A stretch of DNA of 64,000 nucleotides, from the NCBI GenBank assembly GCA_963762255.1, contig CAVXKA010000001.1, positions 672,001 through 736,000 on the forward strand, given 5' to 3'. This document shows positions 47,421 through 57,755 of this stretch, in pieces. Both the position numbers and the translations under genes were made by a program. Every line of letters starts with the position of its first letter. Within the stretch, counting starts at the first letter, position 1. The DNA comes from Candidatus Eiseniibacteriota bacterium (GTDB lineage: Bacteria; Eisenbacteria; RBG-16-71-46; JABDJR01). Under the pieces are notes generated by a model, which was not told the origin of the DNA, did no database searches, and saw only the letters and a program-made list of their open reading frames with translations.

Positions 47421-48794
47421 ATGAGCCACCAGCAACGCATCCTCGTCGTGGATGACGAGGAGTCCACGCGCACCGGTCTCACCCGCCTGCTGGAGTCGTG
47501 GGGGCACCAGGCCCACTCCGCGCCCAGCGCCGAAACCGCGATTGAGCTGGCGCTCACCCACCAGCCCGACCTCATCGTCACCGACCTGCGCATGCCCGGC
47601 CGCGGCGGCATCGAGCTGATCAACGACCTCAAAGAAGCGGGCATCGACGCCACGGTCATCGTCATCACCGGGCACGCCAGCATCGAGACTGCGGTGGAAG
47701 CCACTCGCGGCGGCGCCTACGAATACCTCACCAAGCCCCTCGACATCGAACGACTCCAGACCGTCATCAGCCGCGGACTCGAACGCTCCACGATGCTCCG
47801 CGAAGTGAGGCTGCTGCGGCGCGAGTTGGAGCGCGACGGACGCATGGGCACGCTCACCGGAAAGTCGCCGGCGATGCTGCGGCTCTACCAGCTTCTCGAT
47901 CAGGTGGGACCCTCCAACGCCTCGGTGCTCCTGACCGGCGAAAGCGGCACCGGAAAAGAAGTGGTGGCCCGTACGCTCCACCAGTTGAGCCCGCGCAAGA
48001 ACGCCCCGTTTGTCGCACTCAACTGCTCCGCGATCCCCGAGTCGCTCTTGGAGAGCGAGCTCTTCGGCCACGAACGGGGATCGTTCACCGGCGCGACCGG
48101 CGCACGGCAGGGGTGCTTCGAACTGGCCACCCACGGCACCATTTTCCTCGACGAGATCGGCGAGATGCCCGCCAACCTGCAGAAGAAGCTCCTGCGGGTG
48201 CTGGAGGACCGCCGGGTCCGCCGCATCGGCGGCCGCGTCGAGATCGAAGTGGACGTGCGCATCATCAGCGCCACCAATGCCGACATCACCGCGATGCTCG
48301 AGGCCGGGCAGTTCCGCGAGGACCTCTACTACCGGCTCAACGTGTTTACGATCGATCTGCCGCCGTTGCGGGACCGGCTCGGCGATGTCCCGCTTCTCGC
48401 GCATCAGTTCCTGCGCGAGTTCGCCGCGGCGAACGACAAGCCGGTGCACGCGTTCTCCGACGAGTCGCTCGCGCTTCTGAACGAGTACGACTGGCCGGGA
48501 AACGTGCGCGAGTTGCGCAACGCCGTCGAACGCGCTGTGGTGGTGTGCCGGGGGGAGGACATCGAGGTCCATCATCTCCCCTCGACCCTGCGCCCGCGCC
48601 CGCGCGGGCACGCCATGGACGAGATCGGTGTGGCGGTGGCCCCGGGTACGACCCTGGATGACGCCGAGCGCACGCTCATCCTCCAGACGCTGGAGCAGAC
48701 CGGCGGCAACAAGACCCGCGCCGCGGGGCTTCTCGGGATCAGCGCCAAGACCCTGCACCTGAAGCTCAAGCGATACGCGCGAGGCGAGGCGTGA
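47421..48794 (+). CDS. NtrC/AtoC-family sigma54 response regulator
   Basis: Receiver domain, GESGTGKE, GSFTGA, FLDEIGE and Fis-type HTH. Confidence 0.95.
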   Translation: MSHQQRILVVDDEESTRTGLTRLLESWGHQAHSAPSAETAIELALTHQPDLIVTDLRMPGRGGIELINDLKEAGIDATVIVITGHASIETAVEATRGGAYEYLTKPLDIERLQTVISRGLERSTMLREVRLLRRELERDGRMGTLTGKSPAMLRLYQLLDQVGPSNASVLLTGESGTGKEVVARTLHQLSPRKNAPFVALNCSAIPESLLESELFGHERGSFTGATGARQGCFELATHGTIFLDEIGEMPANLQKKLLRVLEDRRVRRIGGRVEIEVDVRIISATNADITAMLEAGQFREDLYYRLNVFTIDLPPLRDRLGDVPLLAHQFLREFAAANDKPVHAFSDESLALLNEYDWPGNVRELRNAVERAVVVCRGEDIEVHHLPSTLRPRPRGHAMDEIGVAVAPGTTLDDAERTLILQTLEQTGGNKTRAAGLLGISAKTLHLKLKRYARGEA

Positions 48795-48846
48795 CCGTGC
48801 CTGCCGTGAGCGCGGGCCGGCGTCCCTTCGGGAGCGGGCACTAGCC

Positions 48847-50703
48847 ATGCTCGGGCTCCGCGCGCGGCAGATCCTTGCCCTGGCCGCGGTGGTGTTCGCC
48901 ATCGCCTTCATGTCGCTCGTCATCGAGATCACCACCGTCACTCGGCGCGCGGTGGAGGATGCGCGCCGGGAAGCCAACTTCACCACCCGAACCCTCGTCC
49001 TGCAGATCGGCCAGGTGGTGGCCAATCATCCCGGGCAGGATCCCTTGGCGGTCATCGCCGAGGATCCCTCTCTGCAGGTGAGCCTCGACGCGGCCACGCA
49101 GTTCGCCCCCACCGTGCTCTACGCCGCCTTCAGCGATTCCGCGGGACGCGCGGTCATCCACTCCGATCCCACCCAGGTCGGCCGGCTCCTCACCGCGCAG
49201 GCGGCGATGCCGGAGCTGGGCGGCCCGATCGCGGCGTGGCGGTTTCTCTGGCGGCTCTTCCGCGGCGGAGAGATCCACGAGGAGATGACCCCGTTGCGGA
49301 TCGGCGAGACCCGCTTCGGCGCGGTGCGGATCGCCCAGAGCGCGACCTTCATGCGCCAGGAAGTGCTGCGGGTTTTCCACCGCGGCCTCTACCTGGCGCT
49401 GGCCTACATCGCGTTGGCCATGGTGGCGGCGGTATTCCTCACCCGCATCGTGCTGGGGCCGCTCGGGGAGGTGCGCCGAGGCATCGAAGCCCTGCGCGCC
49501 GGCGATTTCAGCTATCGCATCCCCCACCAGAACATTCAGGAGTTCGGCCTGCTCGCCCAGGCGTTGAACGAACTGGGCGCGCAGTTCCACGCGCGGGAAC
49601 TCACGCGCGGCAACGAAGGCAATCTCCGCCGCGCGGTGGAGTTGCTCGGCGACGGGCTCCTGGTGATCGGGTCCGACCGCGAGATTCACCTCATCAACGG
49701 CATCGCCGCGCATTTCCTTGGCGTGGATGCCGCGGTCGCGCAGGGGCGGCCGCTGGCGAGCCTGCTTCCCGCCGAGCACCCCGTCCTCCGGCTTGTGGAC
49801 GAAGTGCTGAGCGGACGGCGCGAACGCATCTCGGTGCGCGCCGAACTGCCCGGCGAGACGGGCGAGCGCGCGGTGATGGCGCTCGGTCATCGCGTGCATG
49901 ACGAGACGGAATCGCTCGGGGTGCTGATCGAACTCAAGGACCTCACCGTGCTGCGCGACCTTCAGGCGGTGATGGATCACTCGACGGTGCTCTCGCGGTT
50001 GGGCGAGATGGCCGCCGGGGTCGCCCACGAGATCCGCAATCCCCTCAACGCCATCACGCTTCACCTGGAGCCCCTGCGCCATGCGGAGCGGCTCGATCCG
50101 GCCCAGGTCCGCGAGGCGGTCGAGACCACCCGGCAGCAGATCGCCCGCCTCGATCGCGCGGTGTCAGGGTTCTTGAAGGTAGCGCGGCTGCGCCGACTCA
50201 CGCTCGTGCCGCTGGATCCGGCGGGCTTGGCCGGGGAGGTGGCCGATCTTCTGGCCCCCGAAGCCACGATGGCCGGACTCCAGATCGATCTCGAGTGTTC
50301 AGGGACGGTGCGCGACGTGCCGGGAGATCCCGAGGTGCTTCGCCAGGCCCTCATCAACGTGGTGAAGAACGCGCTCCAGGCGCTTCCATCCCGGGACCAT
50401 CGCGTGACGATCGCGGTTCGGGAAGAGGACGGGCGAGTGGCGTTCTCGGTCCGGGACAGCGGGCCCGGTATGAGCGAGGATATCCGGCGTCGGGCCTTCG
50501 ATCTCTACATGACAACCAAGGAGAGCGGTACCGGAGTCGGGCTGGCGTTCGTGTTGCAGGCGGTCGAGATGCACGGAGGCACGGTGACGCTGGAGAGCGC
50601 GCCGCAGCAGGGTACGACCGTCACCTTGAGGCTGCAGGGTGCGGACGCGGCGCGCCTTGCCGAGCACGCGGCGATCGCCGCGCGAGGGGAGCGGGCGAGA
50701 TGA
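48847..50703 (+). CDS. Sensor histidine kinase (HAMP-PAS-HisKA-HATPase)
   Basis: AHEIRNPL, NVVKNA, DSGPG and GTGVGL motifs. Confidence 0.93.
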   Translation: MLGLRARQILALAAVVFAIAFMSLVIEITTVTRRAVEDARREANFTTRTLVLQIGQVVANHPGQDPLAVIAEDPSLQVSLDAATQFAPTVLYAAFSDSAGRAVIHSDPTQVGRLLTAQAAMPELGGPIAAWRFLWRLFRGGEIHEEMTPLRIGETRFGAVRIAQSATFMRQEVLRVFHRGLYLALAYIALAMVAAVFLTRIVLGPLGEVRRGIEALRAGDFSYRIPHQNIQEFGLLAQALNELGAQFHARELTRGNEGNLRRAVELLGDGLLVIGSDREIHLINGIAAHFLGVDAAVAQGRPLASLLPAEHPVLRLVDEVLSGRRERISVRAELPGETGERAVMALGHRVHDETESLGVLIELKDLTVLRDLQAVMDHSTVLSRLGEMAAGVAHEIRNPLNAITLHLEPLRHAERLDPAQVREAVETTRQQIARLDRAVSGFLKVARLRRLTLVPLDPAGLAGEVADLLAPEATMAGLQIDLECSGTVRDVPGDPEVLRQALINVVKNALQALPSRDHRVTIAVREEDGRVAFSVRDSGPGMSEDIRRRAFDLYMTTKESGTGVGLAFVLQAVEMHGGTVTLESAPQQGTTVTLRLQGADAARLAEHAAIAARGERAR

Positions 50704-51299
50704 CGCCGGCGCGACGGAGTCGGCGCGCCGCATCGGTGTTGGTCGCGGCGGCCGCACTGCTGGCTACGCTCGGCGGGTGCGGCGCGGTCTGGACCTACAA
50801 CGACGCCATGGACCTGCGGCGCGCCACCTACGGCTTCCAGTTCGACCCGCCCGACAGCGTCGCCTATGCGCTTCCCACGCCGCCGCCGGTTTACGCCGCG
50901 ATCTTCGACGAGCGAACGTACGTGCCACCCGCCCCGGTGGTCCTTCCGCCGACGAGGGCGTGGCGCTCGCGCAGCGGAACCGCCGCCGACACCCTCGCCA
51001 CCACACCGCCTCTCATCACGCTGGCGCCGCCGCCCCCGGTGCAGATCGATCTCACCCCCGCCCAGGAGTCCGCGCTGCGCGGGCGCGCACAGCGCGACAT
51101 GACCGCCGCCGACGACCTCATCGCGCTCCACGCGCGCTCCGCCGCGCCCACCGCCGGGGAATCCGAGCAGATCCGGGTCGCCCAGGGGCTTCTGGTTCAG
51201 GCGCGCGCCGCGTTGGATCGGCGCGACTACCAGGGCGCGGCCAATCTCGCCGAGAAGGCTCGGGTTCTCGCGGAGCGATTGGTCGAGAGACAACCGTGA
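50700..51299 (+). CDS. Putative lipoprotein (Pro-rich linker + helical domain)
   Basis: Lipobox-like LGGC; translationally coupled on both sides. Confidence 0.65.
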   Translation: MTPARRSRRAASVLVAAAALLATLGGCGAVWTYNDAMDLRRATYGFQFDPPDSVAYALPTPPPVYAAIFDERTYVPPAPVVLPPTRAWRSRSGTAADTLATTPPLITLAPPPPVQIDLTPAQESALRGRAQRDMTAADDLIALHARSAAPTAGESEQIRVAQGLLVQARAALDRRDYQGAANLAEKARVLAERLVERQP

Positions 51300-52216
51300 T
51301 CGCGCCCGCATCCGACAGCCCGCTCCTCGGGGCGCACATGTCGATCGCGGGCGGACTCCACCTCGCCGCTCTGCGCGGCGTCGAAGTCCGGTGCACCGCG
51401 CTTCAGCTCTTCTCGCACAACTCCAATCAATGGGCGATGAAGCCCCTGGCCGACGAGGAGATCGCGCTCTGGAAAGAAACTCTCGCTTCCCATCCCATGG
51501 TGACGATGGTGCACGACTCGTACCTCATCAACCTCGCCTCGCCGGACGAAGCGCTGTTTCGGAAGTCGCGAGAGGCGTTTCTTGGGGAAGCGCTCCGATG
51601 CGTCGCGCTCGGTATCCCGCGCCTCGTGTTCCATCCCGGGGCGCACATGGGCGCAGGAGAGGACGCGGGGCTCGATCGCGTGGCCGCGGCGTTGGATTGG
51701 GTCGACGAGCGCCTCGGCGGGGCCCCCGTCATGTTGCTCGTGGAAAACACGGCCGGGCAGGGGAGTTCACTCGGCCACCGATTCGAACACCTGGCCGGAC
51801 TGCTCGATCGTGTGCGGCGACCCGCGCTTCTGGGCTTCTGCATCGACACCTGTCACCTGCTCGTCGCCGGTTATGACTTCCGTGATGCGGAGGGATACCG
51901 ATCGGTGGTCGCGGAGTTCGACGGCCTGATCGGCGTTGAGCGCATCCGCGCGTTTCATCTCAACGATAGCAAGAAGGACCGCGGATCCCGGGTGGACCGC
52001 CACGAGCACATCGGCCGCGGCTTCGTGGGAACTCCCGCGTTCGCGCGCATCCTTCACGATCCCCGATTTCGTCTTGTGCCCAAGGTGCTGGAGACGCCCA
52101 AGCTCGACGACATGGATCGCAAGAACCTCGCCCTACTGCGCCGACTTGCGTCTCTCCCTCCGCCCTCGGACGCTGCGGACGCCGGTGCCGCGCGCCGCCG
52201 GGCGCGCCGCTCGTAG
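51296..52216 (+). CDS. nfo: Endonuclease IV
   Basis: GAHMSIAGG, HDSYLINL, ENTAGQG, DTCH, HLNDSK and DRHEHIG motifs. Confidence 0.95.
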   Translation: MIAPASDSPLLGAHMSIAGGLHLAALRGVEVRCTALQLFSHNSNQWAMKPLADEEIALWKETLASHPMVTMVHDSYLINLASPDEALFRKSREAFLGEALRCVALGIPRLVFHPGAHMGAGEDAGLDRVAAALDWVDERLGGAPVMLLVENTAGQGSSLGHRFEHLAGLLDRVRRPALLGFCIDTCHLLVAGYDFRDAEGYRSVVAEFDGLIGVERIRAFHLNDSKKDRGSRVDRHEHIGRGFVGTPAFARILHDPRFRLVPKVLETPKLDDMDRKNLALLRRLASLPPPSDAADAGAARRRARRS

Positions 52217-52228
52217 CGGAGCGGGTCG

Positions 52229-54655
52229 ATGACCCCCTCGCTCTTCGCCCACGGCGCCACGCACTGGGGAGCGCCGTTTGTGGGGCGTCGCCGAGAACTC
52301 GGCATCCTCACGCATCTCATCGAAGACGGCCTGTCGAGTTCATGGTGCCTGGTGCGGGTGGCGGGCGAACCCGGCTCGGGGCGCCGGCGGTTGATCGCCG
52401 AGGCGCTGCGGCGCGGGCCCGATGCGGAGTGGGTGCATCTCGCTCCCGGCGAGACGACGTCCGATCTCCGTCGTTGGCTCTGTACGGAACTCCCCGACCT
52501 GCTCGATGGATACCCGGAGGCCCCGTATCCGTCGTGGGCGCTGCACGTCCTCGCGCGATGGGAGCCGGGGATTCGCCGCTGGGCGCGGATCCCGGCGTGG
52601 ACGCGCGAAGAGCTTCCCGCGGGATCGGAACCGGAGCTCGTCGGGTCCGCGATCGGGGCGCTACTCGCGGCGCTCGCCGCGCAGACGCAAGTCATCGTGG
52701 ACGCCGGACTCTGGCCGCCCCCGCACGACGCGGGGCGCCGCGTGCTGACCAGCATGTGCCGATGCCTCGGCGTTCCCGGCGTAGTCGTGATCGCGGCCCT
52801 CGACCCCGACCCGCCGGGCATGGTGGATGCCGAGGGTACGCGCACGCTCGCGCTGGGGCCGCTCTTGCCGGACGACGTGGCCGAGCTGGCGGCGCGGTGG
52901 ATTCCGGGCGTGCCGTCCGCGGAGTTTGCGGCATGGCTGCACCGAGTGACCGGCGGCCGCCCTCACTTCATCAACGAAACGGTGCGCTGGCTCGAAGAGT
53001 TGGGCCGCGTACGCGTGGACGACGATCACGGTCGCGTGGAGTTGCTCCACCCGCTCGATCGGTTCCCGCTCCCGTTCAATCTCCATGCGGTGATGGACGC
53101 GCGCTACCAGAGACTCCCGACGGGCGCGGCGCGGCTCCTCGCCCTGATCGCGCGCGAGGACGGACGGTTGGATCGCGAAGCGCTGCGCGAGCGCCTGGGC
53201 CTCGACAGCGAGGCCTTCGAAGAAGCGCTGGCCACCCTGCGCCGCCGCGAACTTCTGTTGCGCAGGACCACTCGACGGCCGGTGGCGTCGACGAGCCCCT
53301 TGTGGGGCGGCGTGGTCGAAGCGGCAGGTGTGCGGCGTCCGCGCCAACGACGCGGTTCTCGTGAGCCGCGGGGGAAGACCGCGACAGGCACGTCGAGTGC
53401 GCCGCTGGCGCAGGGGCTGGCTCGGCTGGAGCGCCTCACCACCGCCGGCGCCGACGAGATGGGGCGGGACGCGGCGCCGGAACTCGCGGGGCTCGCGCGT
53501 CTCGCGCGCGGCCGGACCGGGCCGGGCTGGGATGCTCTGCGCGGGCGGCTCGCCGAGGCCGCCGCCCGGCATCGTCGGCAGCGAATGCGCGACCGCGCGG
53601 CGCAGCGATGGATCGCGTGGGGGCTCGCGCACACATCTCCCGATGTGCACCCCGCGCTGCGCCGCTCGCTGCGGCGATTGGACGCCGAGATCCTCGAGAC
53701 GGGCGGTCGGCTTCGCGAAGCGGCGGCGGTGCGCGAGCACGCGCTCGCCGAGAGCCTCGATGCGGGTCATCTCGTTTCCGCCGCGCTGCTCAAGGCCGCC
53801 CTTGCCGAGACGATGGGGCGTCTCGACGACCCGGCGCCCGCTCATCGCCTGGCACGCGAGGCGGAGATCGAGCTTGGCTCCATGGGGCTCGTCGCGGATG
53901 CGAAGCATGCGCGCGAGGCGGGCGAACGCACGGCCCCGGACCCGAAGAACGCGCAAGGCGCACATCCTCCACTTCGGGCTGCGCCGCCGCGCGGCAAGCC
54001 GGAGTTCACGGGGGTGGAGCTCAGGCTGTTGAACCGGCCGAGCGTGGTGCGAGCCGGATCGTTCTGGCCGCGATCTCTTTGGCCGCAGTGGTGGCTCTCG
54101 CTATGGTGCGGCGCGGTCAGCGCAAGCCTGCTCGGACGCGGCTTCGCTCGTGCCGCCGCCGATCGCGCGGCGGCAGAGGCGGGGGATGCGCCCGATGCGG
54201 ATCTGGAGCACCTCCTCGTCCTGGCCAATCAACTCCTGCGCGGGCGAGAGACCGTGGCGGGGGGACTGCGTCTCGATGGCGATCGGATCGCAGTGGCGTG
54301 GTCGGGCATCCGCTGCGATGTGCGCGAGTTGTTCGCGCTTGTGGAGCGCGCGACAACCGAGCGCGGTTCGGACGCGGCGGCGCTCCATCGCCGGATACTG
54401 GACCTCGTCCAGGGGGCCTATCTTCCAGGCATCGCCGGCGAAGAGCACGACGCGGTGCGGGAGCGATTGCGGGAGACCATCCGCTTGGCGCTGGCGGCCG
54501 TGCTCGCGGATGGCGGGGAGATCACCGCGGCCGAGCGGGCGTGCTGGCTGGAGAACGCGGGGCGTGCGGGGCCGGTGGCGGTCGTGTTCGCCGAACTCAG
54601 CGAGGCCTCTGGGCGACCGCGCGCGGCCTTCGTGCTTCGGCGCGAGTCACCATGA
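52229..54655 (+). CDS. Degenerate STAND/AAA_16-like protein with TPR/BTAD-like region
   Basis: FVGRRREL, GEPGSGRR (no Walker A Lys) and TGGRPHF. Confidence 0.65.
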   Translation: MTPSLFAHGATHWGAPFVGRRRELGILTHLIEDGLSSSWCLVRVAGEPGSGRRRLIAEALRRGPDAEWVHLAPGETTSDLRRWLCTELPDLLDGYPEAPYPSWALHVLARWEPGIRRWARIPAWTREELPAGSEPELVGSAIGALLAALAAQTQVIVDAGLWPPPHDAGRRVLTSMCRCLGVPGVVVIAALDPDPPGMVDAEGTRTLALGPLLPDDVAELAARWIPGVPSAEFAAWLHRVTGGRPHFINETVRWLEELGRVRVDDDHGRVELLHPLDRFPLPFNLHAVMDARYQRLPTGAARLLALIAREDGRLDREALRERLGLDSEAFEEALATLRRRELLLRRTTRRPVASTSPLWGGVVEAAGVRRPRQRRGSREPRGKTATGTSSAPLAQGLARLERLTTAGADEMGRDAAPELAGLARLARGRTGPGWDALRGRLAEAAARHRRQRMRDRAAQRWIAWGLAHTSPDVHPALRRSLRRLDAEILETGGRLREAAAVREHALAESLDAGHLVSAALLKAALAETMGRLDDPAPAHRLAREAEIELGSMGLVADAKHAREAGERTAPDPKNAQGAHPPLRAAPPRGKPEFTGVELRLLNRPSVVRAGSFWPRSLWPQWWLSLWCGAVSASLLGRGFARAAADRAAAEAGDAPDADLEHLLVLANQLLRGRETVAGGLRLDGDRIAVAWSGIRCDVRELFALVERATTERGSDAAALHRRILDLVQGAYLPGIAGEEHDAVRERLRETIRLALAAVLADGGEITAAERACWLENAGRAGPVAVVFAELSEASGRPRAAFVLRRESP

Positions 54656-56111
54656 GGAGCGGGCGCAAGCCGGCCTCCCAGTGTGTTCTTGGTGCGTTCC
54701 ACACACCGTCCGGTGATGCCGCCCCCGAGGCTGCCAGCGCTTCTTCCACCCGCGCGGTGAGCTCGGGATCCGCGGTGAGACCGTCGTGCGCGCGTTCCGC
54801 TTCAAGAGCCTCCAGGGCCTGCACCCAGCGCTTGCCCTGAGCCGCCGGGAGTTTGGCGGGGTTGGCTCGCATCCAATCGAGGAGCCGTTCCGCCTCCTCG
54901 TACTCGGCGAGGAGCCAGCGGAGCGGAGCGCTCGCCTCGGCGGGCGCCCGAACCAATACCGCAGAGAGGTATCCGCGCCGCTGCAGCAGAAATTCCGAAG
55001 GAGACGCCTCGTGATACGGGAGCAAGTTGGCGCGGGCGAGCGCGGCCGCCGCCACGACATACTCCAGCTCCGCGCGCCGGAGCCAGTAATCGCGCGCCCA
55101 GGCCTCGGGCCGGTCCCTCCGCGCGTCGCGCCCCATATCGGCGGCCTGGCGTAGCTCGATCAGGGTCTCCGACCAGACCGGGAGCGCGTTCTCTCGCACC
55201 GGCAACGACTCCGCGCGGACCAGATACTCCTCCGCGGCAAGGAATCCCGGCGCGGTCCAACTCCACGCGGCGGCGGCAAGCCCCGCGGGCGCATCCTGGT
55301 CGGGGGGCGCGAGCCCGAGCGAACGGGCGCGCAGGCGCTGGCGAAGCAGGACGCCGGCCGCATCCCACGCGCCGGTCACACCGTCCGGCGACGGGAACGA
55401 CGAGGCGATCTCCGCCGCTTCGCGCGCGCGCGCCGCCGGACCGAGGCTGTCGAGCGGCGCGTTCTCGAGAAGGGCGAGGCGCGTGAGAAGAATGCTGGCC
55501 GCCCGCTCGCGAAGCGCATCGTCATCGCCGCCGAGAAGCGAAGCCAACTGTTCGTCGTCCTCGAGGGTCCAGCCGAGGGGACCGGCCCATCCGGGCGCCG
55601 GCCCCAAGCCGACGAGCGTCTCCATCAAGCGGGCTTCCGACTGGGCGAGCGCCAGCGGGCGCAGGCGCGCCACATCGCGCTCCAATCGGGCCACGCGCGC
55701 GGTCAGCGAATCGGGACTCGCCGCGCCGGAGCCGATACGGCCGGCCGTTCCCGGCCTCAGCACAACCACGGCGACGACCAGAGCGACCGCGCCGAACAGC
55801 GCGCCGGCGACCATTCGGCGCACGCGGCGCAGGCCGGAGTCGAGAGCCGCGAATCGTTCGCTTTGGCCGCGCTCCAGCGCGAGCACTCGTCCCGCGCGCG
55901 TCTCAGGGGGGAGAAAATTCAGGTAGTGGAGCGCGGCGAGCCGTTCCTCCGGCACGCCGATCCGCCGAGCCAGGGGCCCGCGATGCTCGTCGCTGGCGAT
56001 ACGGGACTCGAGATCCCGCCGCGTGCGCACACCGGCGCCGTAGAGACGGGCGAGCAAGTCCTCGTCCATCCCCTCCAGCAGCGACAGTTCAAGACCGGAT
56101 GCATCGTCCAT
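54597..56111 (-). CDS. Hypothetical protein: N-terminal HhH/DUF4332-like domain, one TM, helical domain
   Basis: LEGMDEDLLARLYGAGVRT pattern followed by a TM segment. Confidence 0.6.
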   Translation of the reverse strand: MDDASGLELSLLEGMDEDLLARLYGAGVRTRRDLESRIASDEHRGPLARRIGVPEERLAALHYLNFLPPETRAGRVLALERGQSERFAALDSGLRRVRRMVAGALFGAVALVVAVVVLRPGTAGRIGSGAASPDSLTARVARLERDVARLRPLALAQSEARLMETLVGLGPAPGWAGPLGWTLEDDEQLASLLGGDDDALRERAASILLTRLALLENAPLDSLGPAARAREAAEIASSFPSPDGVTGAWDAAGVLLRQRLRARSLGLAPPDQDAPAGLAAAAWSWTAPGFLAAEEYLVRAESLPVRENALPVWSETLIELRQAADMGRDARRDRPEAWARDYWLRRAELEYVVAAAALARANLLPYHEASPSEFLLQRRGYLSAVLVRAPAEASAPLRWLLAEYEEAERLLDWMRANPAKLPAAQGKRWVQALEALEAERAHDGLTADPELTARVEEALAASGAASPDGVWNAPRTHWEAGLRPLLMVTRAEARRPRAVAQRPR

Positions 56112-56175
56112 GGTTGCTCAAGCAGTCTGCCGCGGGGCTGGCTGGGCGGCGACAACGCGTCGTCCCGAACCGGCC

Positions 56176-56676
56176 TCAGTGGCCGAAGGCCCAGATCGCG
56201 AGAAGCTTCACGCCCGGCGCGTCGATGATCGAGAACTTCACCTCACCCGCGAATCGGCCCGTGCCGCTGATCACCTTCTCGATCCCGAAGATGCCGGACA
56301 TGACCATGCGGGTGTCGTCATCCTCCTGGTTCATGTTCTCGAAGAAGAACCCGAGTTCGCCGCCCACGTAGGGAGTCCATGCCCCCCAACGGTCGCGGAA
56401 GCGGAACAGGAGATCGCTCGCGATGAGGGTCGTGGTGCGGTTGTTGCCGAGTCCGATCTCGACGACCGGAAGCAGGAGATTGGTGTGCGTGAAGGGGTCA
56501 CCGAGGTCGGCGTGCGCGCCGAGAATAAGTTGGTTCGGATCGATGGAGAGCCCGACCCGGGGACCGATGCCGTGGAATCGCACCCCGCGCTCGGTCTCCG
56601 CGGCGGCGGAACCCGCCAGGACCGTGCAGCCAAGAACAAGCAGCAGAAGGGTTAAGCGTCGCACGACCACCTCCAT
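56176..56676 (-). CDS. Small outer-membrane beta-barrel-like protein
   Basis: Signal peptide, alternating beta pattern, PYVGGELG. Confidence 0.7.
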   Translation of the reverse strand: MEVVVRRLTLLLLVLGCTVLAGSAAAETERGVRFHGIGPRVGLSIDPNQLILGAHADLGDPFTHTNLLLPVVEIGLGNNRTTTLIASDLLFRFRDRWGAWTPYVGGELGFFFENMNQEDDDTRMVMSGIFGIEKVISGTGRFAGEVKFSIIDAPGVKLLAIWAFGH

Positions 56677-56775
56677 CGAGCCGGACCGGCCGGCTGCGGA
56701 CTGGAACCGATAACTACCCGGTGATTCTCGCCCGTTCGCCGGCTCGGCACAAGGGGGTCGCCGCCGGGAGAGGTC

Positions 56776-57408
56776 TCAGGCGCCGGCCCGGGGGGCCGGA
56801 CGGACCTCGGAGAGCGCACGCGACAGCGACCGCTCGGCTTCCTCCAGCGCGCGCCATCCGGCGGAGGCAAGTGCGTTCGAGACGGACTGCTGGGTCACCC
56901 CGAGCGCCTCCGCCACATCGCGCTGCCGGTGAAGGCGCCGGTAGAGCCGGACGACCTGGCACTGCCGCGCGGTCCAGAGCTGGAGGTTGCGGTAGAGAAC
57001 CAGCGCCAGCGTGTTGGCGAGAAGGTCGAGGCTCGGGTCCACCCCGCTCACGAGCAGGAGCCGATCCTCCTTGCGCGCGCGATACAGCAACTCGGCGGCG
57101 GCGTCGAAGGCGGGTCCATCCTGCGCGGTCTCGGACGAGACCTCGCCCACCACCGCGGCGACGCGCACGGGCAGGGGGTGGAACTCCTCGGCGAGGCGCC
57201 TCGCCACGGCGTACGCCTCGGCGAGATCCAGAAGGACGCCGCCGAACTCGGGAAAGCCTCCGGTGGTGCCCAATGGCGACGCCACCGAGGCGACGCGCTC
57301 CCGGTTGAACTCCTCCAGCACTCCTCCGAGACGCTTCTGGAGATCGTCCATACGGAGAATCGCGGGGTTCTCCTCGACCTCTCCGAGCAACGCCACCAGA
57401 CCAGTCAT
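56776..57408 (-). CDS. SatD-family protein with C-terminal HTH
   Basis: DGPAF, WTARQ and QRDVAEALGVTQQSVS motifs; start uncertain. Confidence 0.75.
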   Translation of the reverse strand: MTGLVALLGEVEENPAILRMDDLQKRLGGVLEEFNRERVASVASPLGTTGGFPEFGGVLLDLAEAYAVARRLAEEFHPLPVRVAAVVGEVSSETAQDGPAFDAAAELLYRARKEDRLLLVSGVDPSLDLLANTLALVLYRNLQLWTARQCQVVRLYRRLHRQRDVAEALGVTQQSVSNALASAGWRALEEAERSLSRALSEVRPAPRAGA

Positions 57409-57755
57409 CGAAGGCACCCGCATGGAAGGAGGTTCGTTTGCGTGGGCGGCCGGTTCACGCCCGCCGGTCCGCGAAGTGTAGCCCAAGGGCTCGTCTCCCG
57501 CTTCCGCGCGCTTCGGCCACCCCGCATGGGAGCCTTCCCCGGACAGACTGGCCGAGCTTGTGAGTGCAAAATGCAATCTTGGCGGCCAACAATGCCGTTT
57601 TGGTCCTGTTTCGTGTGCTGATGATATCGAATAGCTGCACAAACGGCGTTTTTTAGCTTGCACCGCGCGCAGTGCCGGCGTAGGCTTCTTCGCATGCTTT
57701 CGCCGGCTCCGCACGCGATGCCGGCGACATCTCTCCATCCCGAAGGAGCCATCAG

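Noticed and set aside
57630-57680. NtrC boxes upstream of glnA
   Set aside because: TGCAC half-sites lack the N7-GTGCA partner and no sigma54 promoter was seen.
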